Shown: one piece after another, positions 1 to 8,797 of the stretch
Layout: each line of letters starts with the position of its first letter
Position numbering within the stretch: position 1 is the first letter of the stretch
From: Alphaproteobacteria bacterium
GTDB taxonomy: Bacteria > Pseudomonadota > Alphaproteobacteria > SP197
Direction: 5' to 3'
Assembly (NCBI GenBank): GCA_965207785.1
Contig: OZ242305.1
Location: 342,133-406,132, forward strand
DNA: 64,000 nt
The notes under the pieces: model-generated
Told to the model about the DNA's origin: nothing
Databases searched by the model: none
What the model saw: the letters and a program-made list of their open reading frames with translations, nothing else
Translations under genes and position numbers: made by a program

Positions 1-197
1 ATCAGGGCCGGACGCGAAGACCTCTACATCAACCGGTCTCTCCTGGCGCCCTTGCCGACGCGGCATGAGCACGTCCGGCGTTCACGGCATCATGACTTCG
101 CCCACGCCACCCGGCCGCGAGACCTCGCCACGGTGACCGGCCACGCCATCCATCCCTTGAACCACCGGTTGGGTCGCGTTCCTGCCGACAGCTCGTC

Positions 198-226
198 TTG
201 CGGCGTATGGTCGGATTGGCTATATG
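198..226 (+). promoter_or_regulatory. candidate sigma70-type promoter for tRNA-Leu
   Basis: TTGCGG (198-203), 17-nt spacer, TATATG (221-226), about 20 nt upstream of the tRNA 5' end at 246. Confidence 0.3.
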
Positions 227-245
227 TGCGGGCCTGCCCGTCAAT

Positions 246-332
246 GCGGTCGTGGCGGAATTGGTAGACGCGCAGCGTTGAGGGCGCTGTGGGCGAGAGC
301 CCGTGGAAGTTCGAGTCTTCTCGACCGCACCA
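246..332 (+). tRNA. tRNA-Leu, anticodon GAG, genomically encoded CCA
   Basis: Hand-folded cloverleaf. Acceptor GCGGTCG/CGACCGC, anticodon stem CAGCG/CGCTG with loop TTGAGGG, long variable arm GGGC..GCCC, T-arm GGAAG-TTCGAGT-CTTCT, discriminator A plus CCA. 87 nt. Confidence 0.95.
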
Positions 333-337
333 TTTCA

Positions 338-369
338 GCACGCGCCCCGGAATGACAGGGGACGTGTGC
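338..369 (+). promoter_or_regulatory. stem-loop covering the mgtE Shine-Dalgarno region
   Basis: 11 pairs (338-348 with 358-369, one G-U pair, A362 bulged) and a 9-nt loop. The 3' arm contains GGGGA 9 nt upstream of the ATG at 371. The structure starts 6 nt after the tRNA 3' end. Confidence 0.35.
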
Positions 370-370
370 C

Positions 371-1744
371 ATGACAGACACATCGCTGCAATCGGTCCAC
401 GATCTCTACGGGCTGAGCCCTGACCTTCTTCGGGCGATCATCGATGCCGTCGATGCGGAGGACCTGGTGCGTCTCGAGGCGCTCGTGGTGCCTCTGCATG
501 CCGCCGACAAGGCGGATCTCCTCGAACAGATGGGCAGCGCACAGCGCCGGGTGGTGATCGAGGCCCTCGGTCCGGACATCGACGCCGAGATCCTTCCCGA
601 TCTCGATGACGCCGTTCTCGACGACCTGCGCAAGGAACTCGGCCTCGAGACGTTTGCCCGGCTGGTGGGCAGGCTCGATTCCGATGATGCCGTCGACGTC
701 GTTTCCGATCTCGATGAGCCGGTCCGCCGGGAAGTGCTGGACGCGGTGCCGGCGCCGGAACGCCGGGTGGTGGAGCAGGGACTCACCTTCCCTGAAGACA
801 GTGCCGGGCGTCTCATGCGCCGTGATGTCGTGGCTCTCCCGGCATTCTGGAACGTCGGCCAGACTGTCGACTACATGAGAGGCGCAGGCGATCTCCCGGA
901 AGAGTTCTATGCCGTCTTTGTCGTCGATCCCGGTCACCGGCCACTGGGCTTCATCGCGCTGGCAGCGCTGATTTGCAGTGACCGTCAGGTTCCACTGACC
1001 TCGCTCGTCGAAGGTGAACCTCTGACCGTGAAGGCCGATACCGACCAGGAAGAGGTTTCCTGGCTCTTCCAGCAGTACGGGCTTTCCGAGATGGCTGTCG
1101 TCGATGGCGACGGCCGGTTGCTGGGTACCATCACCTTCGACGACATGGCGGACGTGTTGAGCGAGGAATCGGAAGAGGACGTGCTCCGTCTTGGCGGCGT
1201 GGCCGGCACCGACCTCAATCAGGGGGTCATCGACACCACGCGCAAGCGCTTCTGGTGGCTCTTTGTCAATCTCGGGACTGCCGTCTTGGCGTCCATGGTC
1301 ATCGGCATCTTCGAAGGCACGATCAAGGAGATCGTTGCCCTTGCCGTCCTCATGCCCATCGTCGCCTCGATGGGGGGTAATGCCGGCACCCAGACGATGA
1401 CGGTGGCAGTCCGGGCACTGGCGACAAGGGACCTCACCCGGGCCAACGGCATGAGAGTGATTGCCAAGGAGATTCTGGTCGGCACCCTGAACGGCATCCT
1501 GTTTGCCGCGATCACCGGGCTGGTCGCCTGGGTATGGTTCCAGAGTCCCATGCTTGGCGCCGTCATCGCCATGGCCATGGTGGCCAACCTTGCGGTCGCC
1601 GGATTCATCGGCGCCGCCACGCCCCTGGTGCTGGAGAGGTTCGGTATCGACCCCGCGGTCGCGGCGAGTGTTGTCCTCACCACGGTGACGGATGTCGTGG
1701 GATTCTTCGTCTTCCTCGCCCTGGGGGCCCTGCTCCTGCTCTGA
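371..1744 (+). CDS. mgtE: magnesium transporter MgtE
   Basis: 457 aa with an acidic N-domain, CBS-pair region and C-terminal 5-TM domain carrying the MGGNAGTQ motif. Confidence 0.9.
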   Translation: MTDTSLQSVHDLYGLSPDLLRAIIDAVDAEDLVRLEALVVPLHAADKADLLEQMGSAQRRVVIEALGPDIDAEILPDLDDAVLDDLRKELGLETFARLVGRLDSDDAVDVVSDLDEPVRREVLDAVPAPERRVVEQGLTFPEDSAGRLMRRDVVALPAFWNVGQTVDYMRGAGDLPEEFYAVFVVDPGHRPLGFIALAALICSDRQVPLTSLVEGEPLTVKADTDQEEVSWLFQQYGLSEMAVVDGDGRLLGTITFDDMADVLSEESEEDVLRLGGVAGTDLNQGVIDTTRKRFWWLFVNLGTAVLASMVIGIFEGTIKEIVALAVLMPIVASMGGNAGTQTMTVAVRALATRDLTRANGMRVIAKEILVGTLNGILFAAITGLVAWVWFQSPMLGAVIAMAMVANLAVAGFIGAATPLVLERFGIDPAVAASVVLTTVTDVVGFFVFLALGALLLL

Positions 1745-1758
1745 CGTCCCGGGAGGCG

Positions 1759-2715
1759 TCAGGTGTCCTGGAGGATACGGGCGAAGAGGTCGCGGTCGAT
1801 GTTGCCCCCCGACAGGACGAGAACGACCTTGCGTCCGGCCATGCGGTCGCGTTCCCTCAGGAGGGCCGCCAAAGGCGCGGCGCCGGCGCCTTCCGCCACG
1901 TTGTGGGTGTCGGTGAAGTAGTGCCGCATGGCGGCGCGGATGTCGTCCTCGCTCGTGGTGACGATGCGCTCGGCGCCCGCATTGATCTCGCTCACCGCGT
2001 CATCGTGAGGCACGCGCACCGCCATGCCGTCGGCGATGGTGTCGCAACGGTTGGTGCTGACGGGTGCCCCGGAAGCAAAGGACCGGGCGTAGCAGGGGGC
2101 GTTTTCGGCCACCACGCCAACCACGGCGGCGCCGGACGCCAACGCGTCGCGTGCCCTCAAGGTACCGCACAGGCCCGAGCCCAGGCCGATCGGCACATAG
2201 ACCGTGTCGATGTCATCATGGCCCCGGAAGATCTCGAGACCGTAGCTTGCGACACCGCAGACAAGGTCATCGTGGAACGAGGCCAGCATGTGGAGACCGT
2301 GGCGTCCGGCGAGATCCCGGGCGTGAACCAGGGCCTCCTGGAAATCGTGGCCATGTTCGATCAGTTCCGCACCAAGCGCGCGCATCGCCTTGTTTTTCTC
2401 GACGGAATTGCCGTGCGGCACGACGATGGTTGCCGGAATGCCGGAGAGACCGGCCGCCAGGGCGACACTCTGGCCGTGATTGCCGCGGGTTGCCGCGATG
2501 ACACCTGGAACGTCCGGTTCCCGTGCCTTGAGCCTCTCCATGTAGACAAGTCCGCCACGGATCTTGAAGGCGCCGATCCGGGTGTGGTTTTCATGCTTGA
2601 CCCAGACTTCGGCGCCACTGCGCCGACTGAGCAGCGGCCAGTGGTGAAGGGGCGTTTCGCCGACGTGGCGGCGCACCAGCCGCTCGGCCGATAACAGGGC
2701 CTCGAGAGAGGTCAT
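1759..2715 (-). CDS. threonine/serine dehydratase-like PLP enzyme (PALP fold)
   Basis: GAFKIRGG lysine motif, TRGNHGQS, GLGSG loop. Start chosen at MTSLEAL (ATG 2715), which overlaps the upstream stop as ATGA. Confidence 0.75.
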   Translation of the reverse strand: MTSLEALLSAERLVRRHVGETPLHHWPLLSRRSGAEVWVKHENHTRIGAFKIRGGLVYMERLKAREPDVPGVIAATRGNHGQSVALAAGLSGIPATIVVPHGNSVEKNKAMRALGAELIEHGHDFQEALVHARDLAGRHGLHMLASFHDDLVCGVASYGLEIFRGHDDIDTVYVPIGLGSGLCGTLRARDALASGAAVVGVVAENAPCYARSFASGAPVSTNRCDTIADGMAVRVPHDDAVSEINAGAERIVTTSEDDIRAAMRHYFTDTHNVAEGAGAAPLAALLRERDRMAGRKVVLVLSGGNIDRDLFARILQDT

Positions 2716-4019
2716 GCGTGATTCTCCGCCATGATGGCATCCAGGGCCATGGTGAGGCGGTCCACTTCGTCTGCCGTGTTGTAGTGGACGAGGGAGCACC
2801 GGACGACACCGTCCGCAGGATCGATCCCCTTCGCCTCCAGCACCCTGGGCGCATAGAAATCGCCGGCGCCCGCAACGATACCGCGGGACTCCAGCAACGC
2901 AGGCAGCTGCTGGCTGGCCATGCCGTCGATGGTGAAACTGAATGTGGGCGCGCGACCGGTGTTGCCGGCCCGCCGGCGGCCCAGGAGACGGATCCGGGGG
3001 CGATCCGCGGCCCAGGAGAGGAACCGGCCACTTAAGGCCGATTCATGATCCCGGATCAGGCCGAAGACCTGACGATAGCGGATGACCGGATCGTGCGCGG
3101 GTTCATCGAAATGGTGCGCTGCCAGGGCGTCGAGATAGGCGCCAACGCCGGCCGTTGCCGCTGTCAGTTCATGATTGGGCGCCCCGGGGTTGAGCTTGAG
3201 CGGGATGTCGTCCTCGCCATGGAAATGGAAGTACTGTCCGGGCAGCGAAAGAAGATGTTCCCGCTTTCCATACATGACTCCGAGATGCGGGCCGAAGGTC
3301 TTGTAAAGACTGAACAGATAGTAGTCGACATCGAGCTCGCGGACATCGATGGACGCGTGCGGCGCCATCGCCACTCCGTCGATGCACACCTGGGCCCCGG
3401 CGGCATGCACCAGGGCGGTGATCACGCGCACCGGGTTGGGACCGCCGGTGATGTTGGAGCAGTGGGAAAAGCAGACCAGCCTCGTTCTCTCGTTGAGCAG
3501 CGGCTCCAGTGCGCCGGTTTCGAGTTCCGCCGTCTCGGGGTCGACCTGCCACTCCCTGATGACGAGGCCATGTTCGCGGAGACGCCGCCAATGGTTGTTG
3601 TTGGCTTCGTGATCGAGGTTGGTGACGATGATCTCGTCGTTCTCGCGAAGCCGGGAGCGCATGGCCATGGCCAGGGTCTGCACGTTGCGCGTGGTCGAGG
3701 GGCCGACGATCACCTCGTCCGGGGAGGCGTTCAGCATGGCGGCGGCGGTCGCCTGACCGGCCGCCATGCGCTGCTGCGCCTCGCGCGCAATTGCCGCGTT
3801 ATCGCCGGGCTGGACCTGGCACTCGCTCATGTAGGCGCTGACCGCCTCGATCACCGTGTGCGGAACAAGGCTGCCGCCGGCGTTCTCCATGAAAGCCCAA
3901 GAGTCGTTGAGGGCGGGAAAGAAAGACCGGACGTAATCGGTATCGAGCGGGGGAGGGACCACGGGTGACATTCCTTGGATCGCTGCGGCCATGTCGCCAT
4001 AGCATCCATGCGACATCAA
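2712..4019 (-). CDS. class V aminotransferase / cysteine desulfurase-like PLP enzyme
   Basis: Class V fold pattern including SLYKTFGPHLG (PLP lysine region) and HCSNITG. Start uncertain (ATG at 4019, 3992 or 3971). Confidence 0.75.
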   Translation of the reverse strand: MMSHGCYGDMAAAIQGMSPVVPPPLDTDYVRSFFPALNDSWAFMENAGGSLVPHTVIEAVSAYMSECQVQPGDNAAIAREAQQRMAAGQATAAAMLNASPDEVIVGPSTTRNVQTLAMAMRSRLRENDEIIVTNLDHEANNNHWRRLREHGLVIREWQVDPETAELETGALEPLLNERTRLVCFSHCSNITGGPNPVRVITALVHAAGAQVCIDGVAMAPHASIDVRELDVDYYLFSLYKTFGPHLGVMYGKREHLLSLPGQYFHFHGEDDIPLKLNPGAPNHELTAATAGVGAYLDALAAHHFDEPAHDPVIRYRQVFGLIRDHESALSGRFLSWAADRPRIRLLGRRRAGNTGRAPTFSFTIDGMASQQLPALLESRGIVAGAGDFYAPRVLEAKGIDPADGVVRCSLVHYNTADEVDRLTMALDAIMAENHA

Positions 4020-4204
4020 GACCCTTGCCGTGAAGATGGCGCGATGATCAGGAAATCGGTCCCGGCGCCATGTGGCCTCTGAATCCGCGCCTCATCTGCA
4101 TCTCGATACAAGCGAGACAACGGTACGCCTGAAGGATGCGGAACATCCGTGCATGCCGCCGCCGCCGGAAGGTCCGCCCATTCGGTCATGATGCAGGCCA
4201 ACGT

Positions 4205-6076
4205 CTAGCGTTCCCTCAACCGCGACAGGCCGGAGGCGATCCAGCCGGGAGTCCGTTCGCCCGGAAGTGATGGTTCGTCTCCGGCGGGGGCCAGCGTACG
4301 CAGACCGTCTTCGGTGGTTGATCCCAGGCGGGCGGGATTGGCGAGCCACCACACCAGGGGCACTCCGATCATCCAGAAGAATATCTGCCAAACCCAGAGG
4401 GAAGAAAGGCCGAGTGCAGCCGCCTCGTCCGCAAAGATCGGTTCGATGAAGAATGTGTTGCCCAGAATGGCGCCCGGGCCCAACGCGAAGAACGCCCAGA
4501 GCAGCACCAGCGACCATGTCGCGGTTCTTGAGGCCGGCCCGCCGAATGGCACGCGCCACGATGCCCGGAACTCGTTGTGCAGGCGATCGCGAACGTCTCG
4601 TCCGGTGCTGCGTCTGGTGAAGATGGAGACGAGCAGGACTGCGACGACGTTGCACATCAACCCCCAGGCAGCTGAATGGACGGTCAGGGGCCACCGGCCC
4701 CAGGGCAGGTCAAGAAACAGACCCTCGAAAAGCACGAGTCCGGGCGGCTCGGTGAAGATGACGACGAGCCCGCCCAGGACGATGCCGGTCAGAATGGCAC
4801 CGCGGCTGATCCATGGCACGAAGGTGAAACCCAGGATAGCGGGCGTCAGCTGAACCGAGAGAGGCAGCACCGCACTGGCGAGAATTGCTGACGTGAGGGG
4901 TGAAAAGGCGGCCAGAATTGCCACCGAAATGAAGGCGCCGGCCAGCGCAACCCGTGTCGCGAAACGCTCGGCGCGACGGCTGAGTCCCGGAAAGATGTCG
5001 CGAAACAGCAGGTCCCTTGCGAGCAACAGGGTTCCTCCGGTGACGAAGAAGGCTACGGTCAGCTGGGCGATGACGACAAGGCCGAGGACCGCTCCTGCAC
5101 CGGCAAGGACATTCACCCTCGCCAGCATGGTAGCGAGGGTGGCCACGTCGCCGTCCATTCGTGCGGCAAGGAAGGGGACTGCAAGCACCAGGACGGCCCC
5201 GACAAGGCCGGCCATGAGCCAGACGTGCGTCACCGCGAAGGCGCGGCCCGGTCCGGTGGTCATGCCGAGATGGAGGAACATTGGCGACAGCACGACGCCA
5301 ACCAGGGTGAGAGCTGCCGACACGACGCCGACAGTCGTGAAAATGCCGCCGGCCGGCACGTCCTTGCCGATACCTGCTGCATACTGGACGACACCTGGAA
5401 TGCGGTCGGCGAGAATGTCGTCGGCTACCGGGATCGACGTCCGCAGAAATCCCCCGTCCGCGAGTACGCCTTCGCCAAAGAAGACCGCAGTGGCAAGGGC
5501 GACGACGACAATGGCGGACTGCATCCCGGCCACCAGGACGACGGCGCGCCAGCCACCGATGACAGCGGGCAGGAAGAGCATGAAGGCCAGAGTCCAGATG
5601 GCGACCCGGTGCGGTATGGCGCCATCCGTTGCAATGTCGATGATGGCGCCGGCATCGGCCAGTACATGGGCAGCGAAGGGAAGGGCGAAGAGGGCTGTCA
5701 GTCCGGCGACGAAAAGGCGCAGGGCGGTGCTTTGGTAGTACCAACCCATCATCAGACCAGGACTGGCAAGTCCGGCGATCCGTGCTCCCAGCCACAGTCG
5801 CTTGAGGACCAGGACTGCGGTCAGGGCAGCGATGATGATGCCGACGCCAACGTGGTTGGCCTGCAGTCCGTAGCGGTCCACGAGGGCGAGATGGTCCGTC
5901 AGGCCGAATCCGGCGAGCACCACGCCGGACGCTGTGAACGCGAAGGCCCAACCGGGGATGTCGCTGCCACCGTCGATGAATGTTCCGGGTGCTCGGCCGA
6001 TACGCGCCACCATGGCCGCGATGTAGACACCGTAGAGCGCCAGCACGGCGACGGCTGTGGCCATGATTGTCGTCAC
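4205..6076 (-). CDS. sodium:solute symporter (SSS) family-like transporter
   Basis: 623 aa, about 13-14 TM. N-terminal FIDGGSDIPGW and the GGWRAVVLVAGMQ segment resemble SSS signatures. GTG start overlaps the upstream stop (GTGA); alternative ATG at 6064. Confidence 0.6.
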   Translation of the reverse strand: MTTIMATAVAVLALYGVYIAAMVARIGRAPGTFIDGGSDIPGWAFAFTASGVVLAGFGLTDHLALVDRYGLQANHVGVGIIIAALTAVLVLKRLWLGARIAGLASPGLMMGWYYQSTALRLFVAGLTALFALPFAAHVLADAGAIIDIATDGAIPHRVAIWTLAFMLFLPAVIGGWRAVVLVAGMQSAIVVVALATAVFFGEGVLADGGFLRTSIPVADDILADRIPGVVQYAAGIGKDVPAGGIFTTVGVVSAALTLVGVVLSPMFLHLGMTTGPGRAFAVTHVWLMAGLVGAVLVLAVPFLAARMDGDVATLATMLARVNVLAGAGAVLGLVVIAQLTVAFFVTGGTLLLARDLLFRDIFPGLSRRAERFATRVALAGAFISVAILAAFSPLTSAILASAVLPLSVQLTPAILGFTFVPWISRGAILTGIVLGGLVVIFTEPPGLVLFEGLFLDLPWGRWPLTVHSAAWGLMCNVVAVLLVSIFTRRSTGRDVRDRLHNEFRASWRVPFGGPASRTATWSLVLLWAFFALGPGAILGNTFFIEPIFADEAAALGLSSLWVWQIFFWMIGVPLVWWLANPARLGSTTEDGLRTLAPAGDEPSLPGERTPGWIASGLSRLRER

Positions 6077-6534
6077 AAGCGTGCCCGGTTTCGGCGTACC
6101 CGCGACGATGGCCTCGGATTGTTGTCGCGGATGATGTCAAACTTCCGGAACGCAGCGCGCGTGCCGTGGCGTGTCACCATGGTGAGGGCGACTGCGACGA
6201 CGAGGCTCGTCATCCCGGTTGCGATGGTGAGAAAGAAGGATTCATAGAATCCATCTATCAGGACCATCGCGCCAATGAAGGCGTTCAGCGCAGCGAGAAA
6301 CAGGACCATGCCGGCACCTGTTTCTCGCGCCGTGAATCCGGTTCCCAGGGCGGCATTGATGATGATGTGGCCGGCGAACCCGGCGAGGATGACGACAAAG
6401 CCCCCGGCAACCCACCAGGATCCGTCAGCGGCAAACCCGTGATTGAACAACATCGCTGCGACAAGGCCGACGGGCAGCCAGAGGGCCATGACCAGGGCGT
6501 GGCGATCAAGCCGCGCCTGTTGTCCGGACGCCAC
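6073..6534 (-). CDS. small 4-TM membrane protein with a basic C-terminal tail, function unknown
   Basis: 153-aa ORF with four hydrophobic segments, a GTG start 11 nt after the flotillin stop, and a stop overlapping the symporter start. No family recognised. Confidence 0.45.
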   Translation of the reverse strand: MASGQQARLDRHALVMALWLPVGLVAAMLFNHGFAADGSWWVAGGFVVILAGFAGHIIINAALGTGFTARETGAGMVLFLAALNAFIGAMVLIDGFYESFFLTIATGMTSLVVAVALTMVTRHGTRAAFRKFDIIRDNNPRPSSRVRRNRARL

Positions 6535-6545
6535 CGCTCAGAACC

Positions 6546-8744
6546 TCAGGCGTCGTCGCTGTCCGTCTTCTTCGGCGCGGTCTCGGGAAAGTTGCGGAAC
6601 GACATGCCGCCGGCCGATCCCAGGTTCTTGAGCGGAAGCCCGATCTCCTCCATCAGGCCATCGACGAACGCCACCTGCGTCCGGTACTTCATGGCCGAGT
6701 TCACCACCCGGTCCGAAACGTTGTCGGATCCGCCTCCTCCCGGCCCGCCTACGCCTTCCGATGGGCTGTTCAGCCCCGGCAGGCCGTCGACCTGGAGAAT
6801 CTTGATGGACTCGATGTTCTCCATTGGCTTCACGGATTCCCGAATCACTTCAGGCAGCGTCCTGACGAGGTGCTCGTAAATGGCGCTGCGGCGACTCTCG
6901 TCAGTGCGCAAGTTCTCGGCCTCGTTGAGTTTCCTGTGACCTTCAGCGTCCGTCTGGTAGCGCACTTCGGCAGCTTTCGATTCGGCGATTTCGGCCTCGG
7001 CTCTCTTTTCCATGGCGACCTTGTGGCCTTCGGCGTTCCGCACGAGGCGCATGTACTCGCGCTCGACCTTGGCCTCGGCGTCGATGATCTCGATGCGCTT
7101 GTTGCGTGTCGCGATCTCTTCGGCCCGGACAGAGTCGATCCGGGCTTCCGTGGCGGCAAGGTTGCGCCGGGCTTCGGCCTCATTGGTGAGTGCGACGGCT
7201 TCCTCGATCTGCTTGTTGATCACGGCGATCAGGCGTTCCTTGTCGGCTATCTCGATCTGCATGTCCTGTTCGATCTCGAAACGATCGATGAACTTGCGCG
7301 CAGCAATGCGCATTTCCTCGAGCGCCCGGTTGGCAGAAATCGCCGCGTCCTCGGTATTGCGGAGGCTCCCGGTTTCCGCGAGCTTGATGGCCTGCTGCTT
7401 GGCAATGTCGCGTTCCGACACCTCCTGATCGGTCTCGAGGCGCGCCAATTCCACGGCAAGGCGCTTGGAGATCGCCGCGCGCTCCTGTTCGCTCGCGGCC
7501 TGTTCCGATGAGACCCGGACCTCCTTCTCGGCCTCGACCCCGAGGAGTTCGATTTCCCGCTGCTTGGCGATGCGTTCCGCCTCGACTGCCCGTTCCCTGT
7601 CAAGGCGGGCCTTCTCGATCTCTGAGTGGGACTGCGAGTCGAAGACCTCGATTTCCATTTCGGACCTGATGGATGCCTCGCGGACCTGGCGTTCACGCTC
7701 GATCCGTTCAGCCTCGATTTGCTGGCGGCTCTGGATGCGTTCGGTTTCAAGCGTCGAATGGGTTTCGATGTCGATCAGTTCGGTGTCGCGCTGCTTCTCG
7801 ATCTCCTGGGTGCGGATGTGGTTCTGCGAGCGGATGCGTTCGAGTTCAATGGCCTGTTCCTTGGTGATGCGCAGGAGCTCGCTCTCCTTGTCGGCCTTGA
7901 GTCGGGCCTCCACCACGGCGATCTCCGAACTGGAGCGTTCCGCTGCAACCTCGGCGAGCTGCATTGCCTTGCGGTTCTCGATGTCCCGGGCCTGGTCGAT
8001 CCGCGCGATTTCCAGGTCGCGGTCGATCTCGAGTGCGCGCTGCTCCGCCTCGAAGTCCTTCATCTTGATGTCGATGCGCGCCTCGTTTTCGATCCTGTTG
8101 CGTAGCTTGCGTCGATCCTCGACCTGTTCGGTCAATTGTGTGAGGCCTTCGGCGTCAAAGGCATTGGAAGGGTTGAAGATCGCGATGTCCGACTGGTTGA
8201 GGGATGTCAGCGATGCGTTCTCAAGTTCGAGTCCATTGCTCTCGAGGGTGCCTGCAGCAAGTTCCGCGGCCTGGCGGATGTACCCGCCACGATCCTGGTG
8301 GATCTCCTCCATGGTCATGCGGGCGGCGACGGCGGCCATGGCATCGACAAAGCGGCCGTGGATGACTTCCTTGACGGCCATCGCGTCCTGGGTCTTGGCG
8401 CCAAGCGTGCGCGCGGCGGTGGATACCCCCTCCCGTGTCGCGATGACGCGGACAAAAAACTCGGCGACCAGATCGATCCGCATCTTGTTGTTCGTGATCA
8501 GCGACTGTTCGCCGGTGCGCCGGACCTCGACAGGGATGGCGTTCATGTTGACGACGGTGATGTCATGGACGATGGGGATGACGAGCGCGCCGCCCCCCAT
8601 CACGACTTTCTCGCCACCGGCGCCCGTGCGCACGAAGCTCTGGTCCTTCGACGAATGGCGATAGAGCCAGTGCAGCAGATAAACCCCGACGGCGATCAGG
8701 ATCGTCAGCAGGATGATGATTGCGATAGCGTCAGCACCGTTCAT
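6546..8744 (-). CDS. flotillin-like SPFH/band-7 protein (YqiK-like) with a very long coiled coil
   Basis: N-terminal TM helix, SPFH core (FVRTGAGGEKVV...IPVEV...RIDLVAEFFVRV), then about 450 aa of E/R/A/I-rich heptad-like sequence with recurring ERI units. Confidence 0.85.
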   Translation of the reverse strand: MNGADAIAIIILLTILIAVGVYLLHWLYRHSSKDQSFVRTGAGGEKVVMGGGALVIPIVHDITVVNMNAIPVEVRRTGEQSLITNNKMRIDLVAEFFVRVIATREGVSTAARTLGAKTQDAMAVKEVIHGRFVDAMAAVAARMTMEEIHQDRGGYIRQAAELAAGTLESNGLELENASLTSLNQSDIAIFNPSNAFDAEGLTQLTEQVEDRRKLRNRIENEARIDIKMKDFEAEQRALEIDRDLEIARIDQARDIENRKAMQLAEVAAERSSSEIAVVEARLKADKESELLRITKEQAIELERIRSQNHIRTQEIEKQRDTELIDIETHSTLETERIQSRQQIEAERIERERQVREASIRSEMEIEVFDSQSHSEIEKARLDRERAVEAERIAKQREIELLGVEAEKEVRVSSEQAASEQERAAISKRLAVELARLETDQEVSERDIAKQQAIKLAETGSLRNTEDAAISANRALEEMRIAARKFIDRFEIEQDMQIEIADKERLIAVINKQIEEAVALTNEAEARRNLAATEARIDSVRAEEIATRNKRIEIIDAEAKVEREYMRLVRNAEGHKVAMEKRAEAEIAESKAAEVRYQTDAEGHRKLNEAENLRTDESRRSAIYEHLVRTLPEVIRESVKPMENIESIKILQVDGLPGLNSPSEGVGGPGGGGSDNVSDRVVNSAMKYRTQVAFVDGLMEEIGLPLKNLGSAGGMSFRNFPETAPKKTDSDDA

Positions 8745-8797
8745 TGTCGTGTCCTCGTCTCGAGGCTCGCGCCTCTTGCGGTTGGATGGATATCACC

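Noticed and set aside
333-370. M-box (Mg2+) riboswitch upstream of mgtE
   Set aside because: Only 38 nt are available between the tRNA and the start codon, far too short for an M-box aptamer. Reported only as a simple SD-sequestering hairpin.
1741-1762. Possible bidirectional terminator between the convergent mgtE and dehydratase genes (CTGACG...CGTCAG)
   Set aside because: Only a 6-bp stem with a 10-nt loop, overlapping both stop codons. Too weak to call.
4710-6140. 476-aa minus-strand ORF overlapping the symporter gene
   Set aside because: Out-of-frame overlap with a clear multi-TM transporter ORF, and an R/H/P/G-rich product.
6900-8100. Apparent DNA repeats (recurring GATGCGTTC and similar) suggestive of a tandem repeat array
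   Set aside because: They are degenerate and in frame, encoding recurring ERI/EIE coiled-coil units of the flotillin protein. This is neither an independent repeat element nor a CRISPR array.
7465-8664. 399-aa plus-strand ORF, plus several shorter ones, inside the flotillin gene
   Set aside because: Serine/arginine-rich mirror image of the E/R/A-rich coiled-coil coding strand, with no start context or domain.
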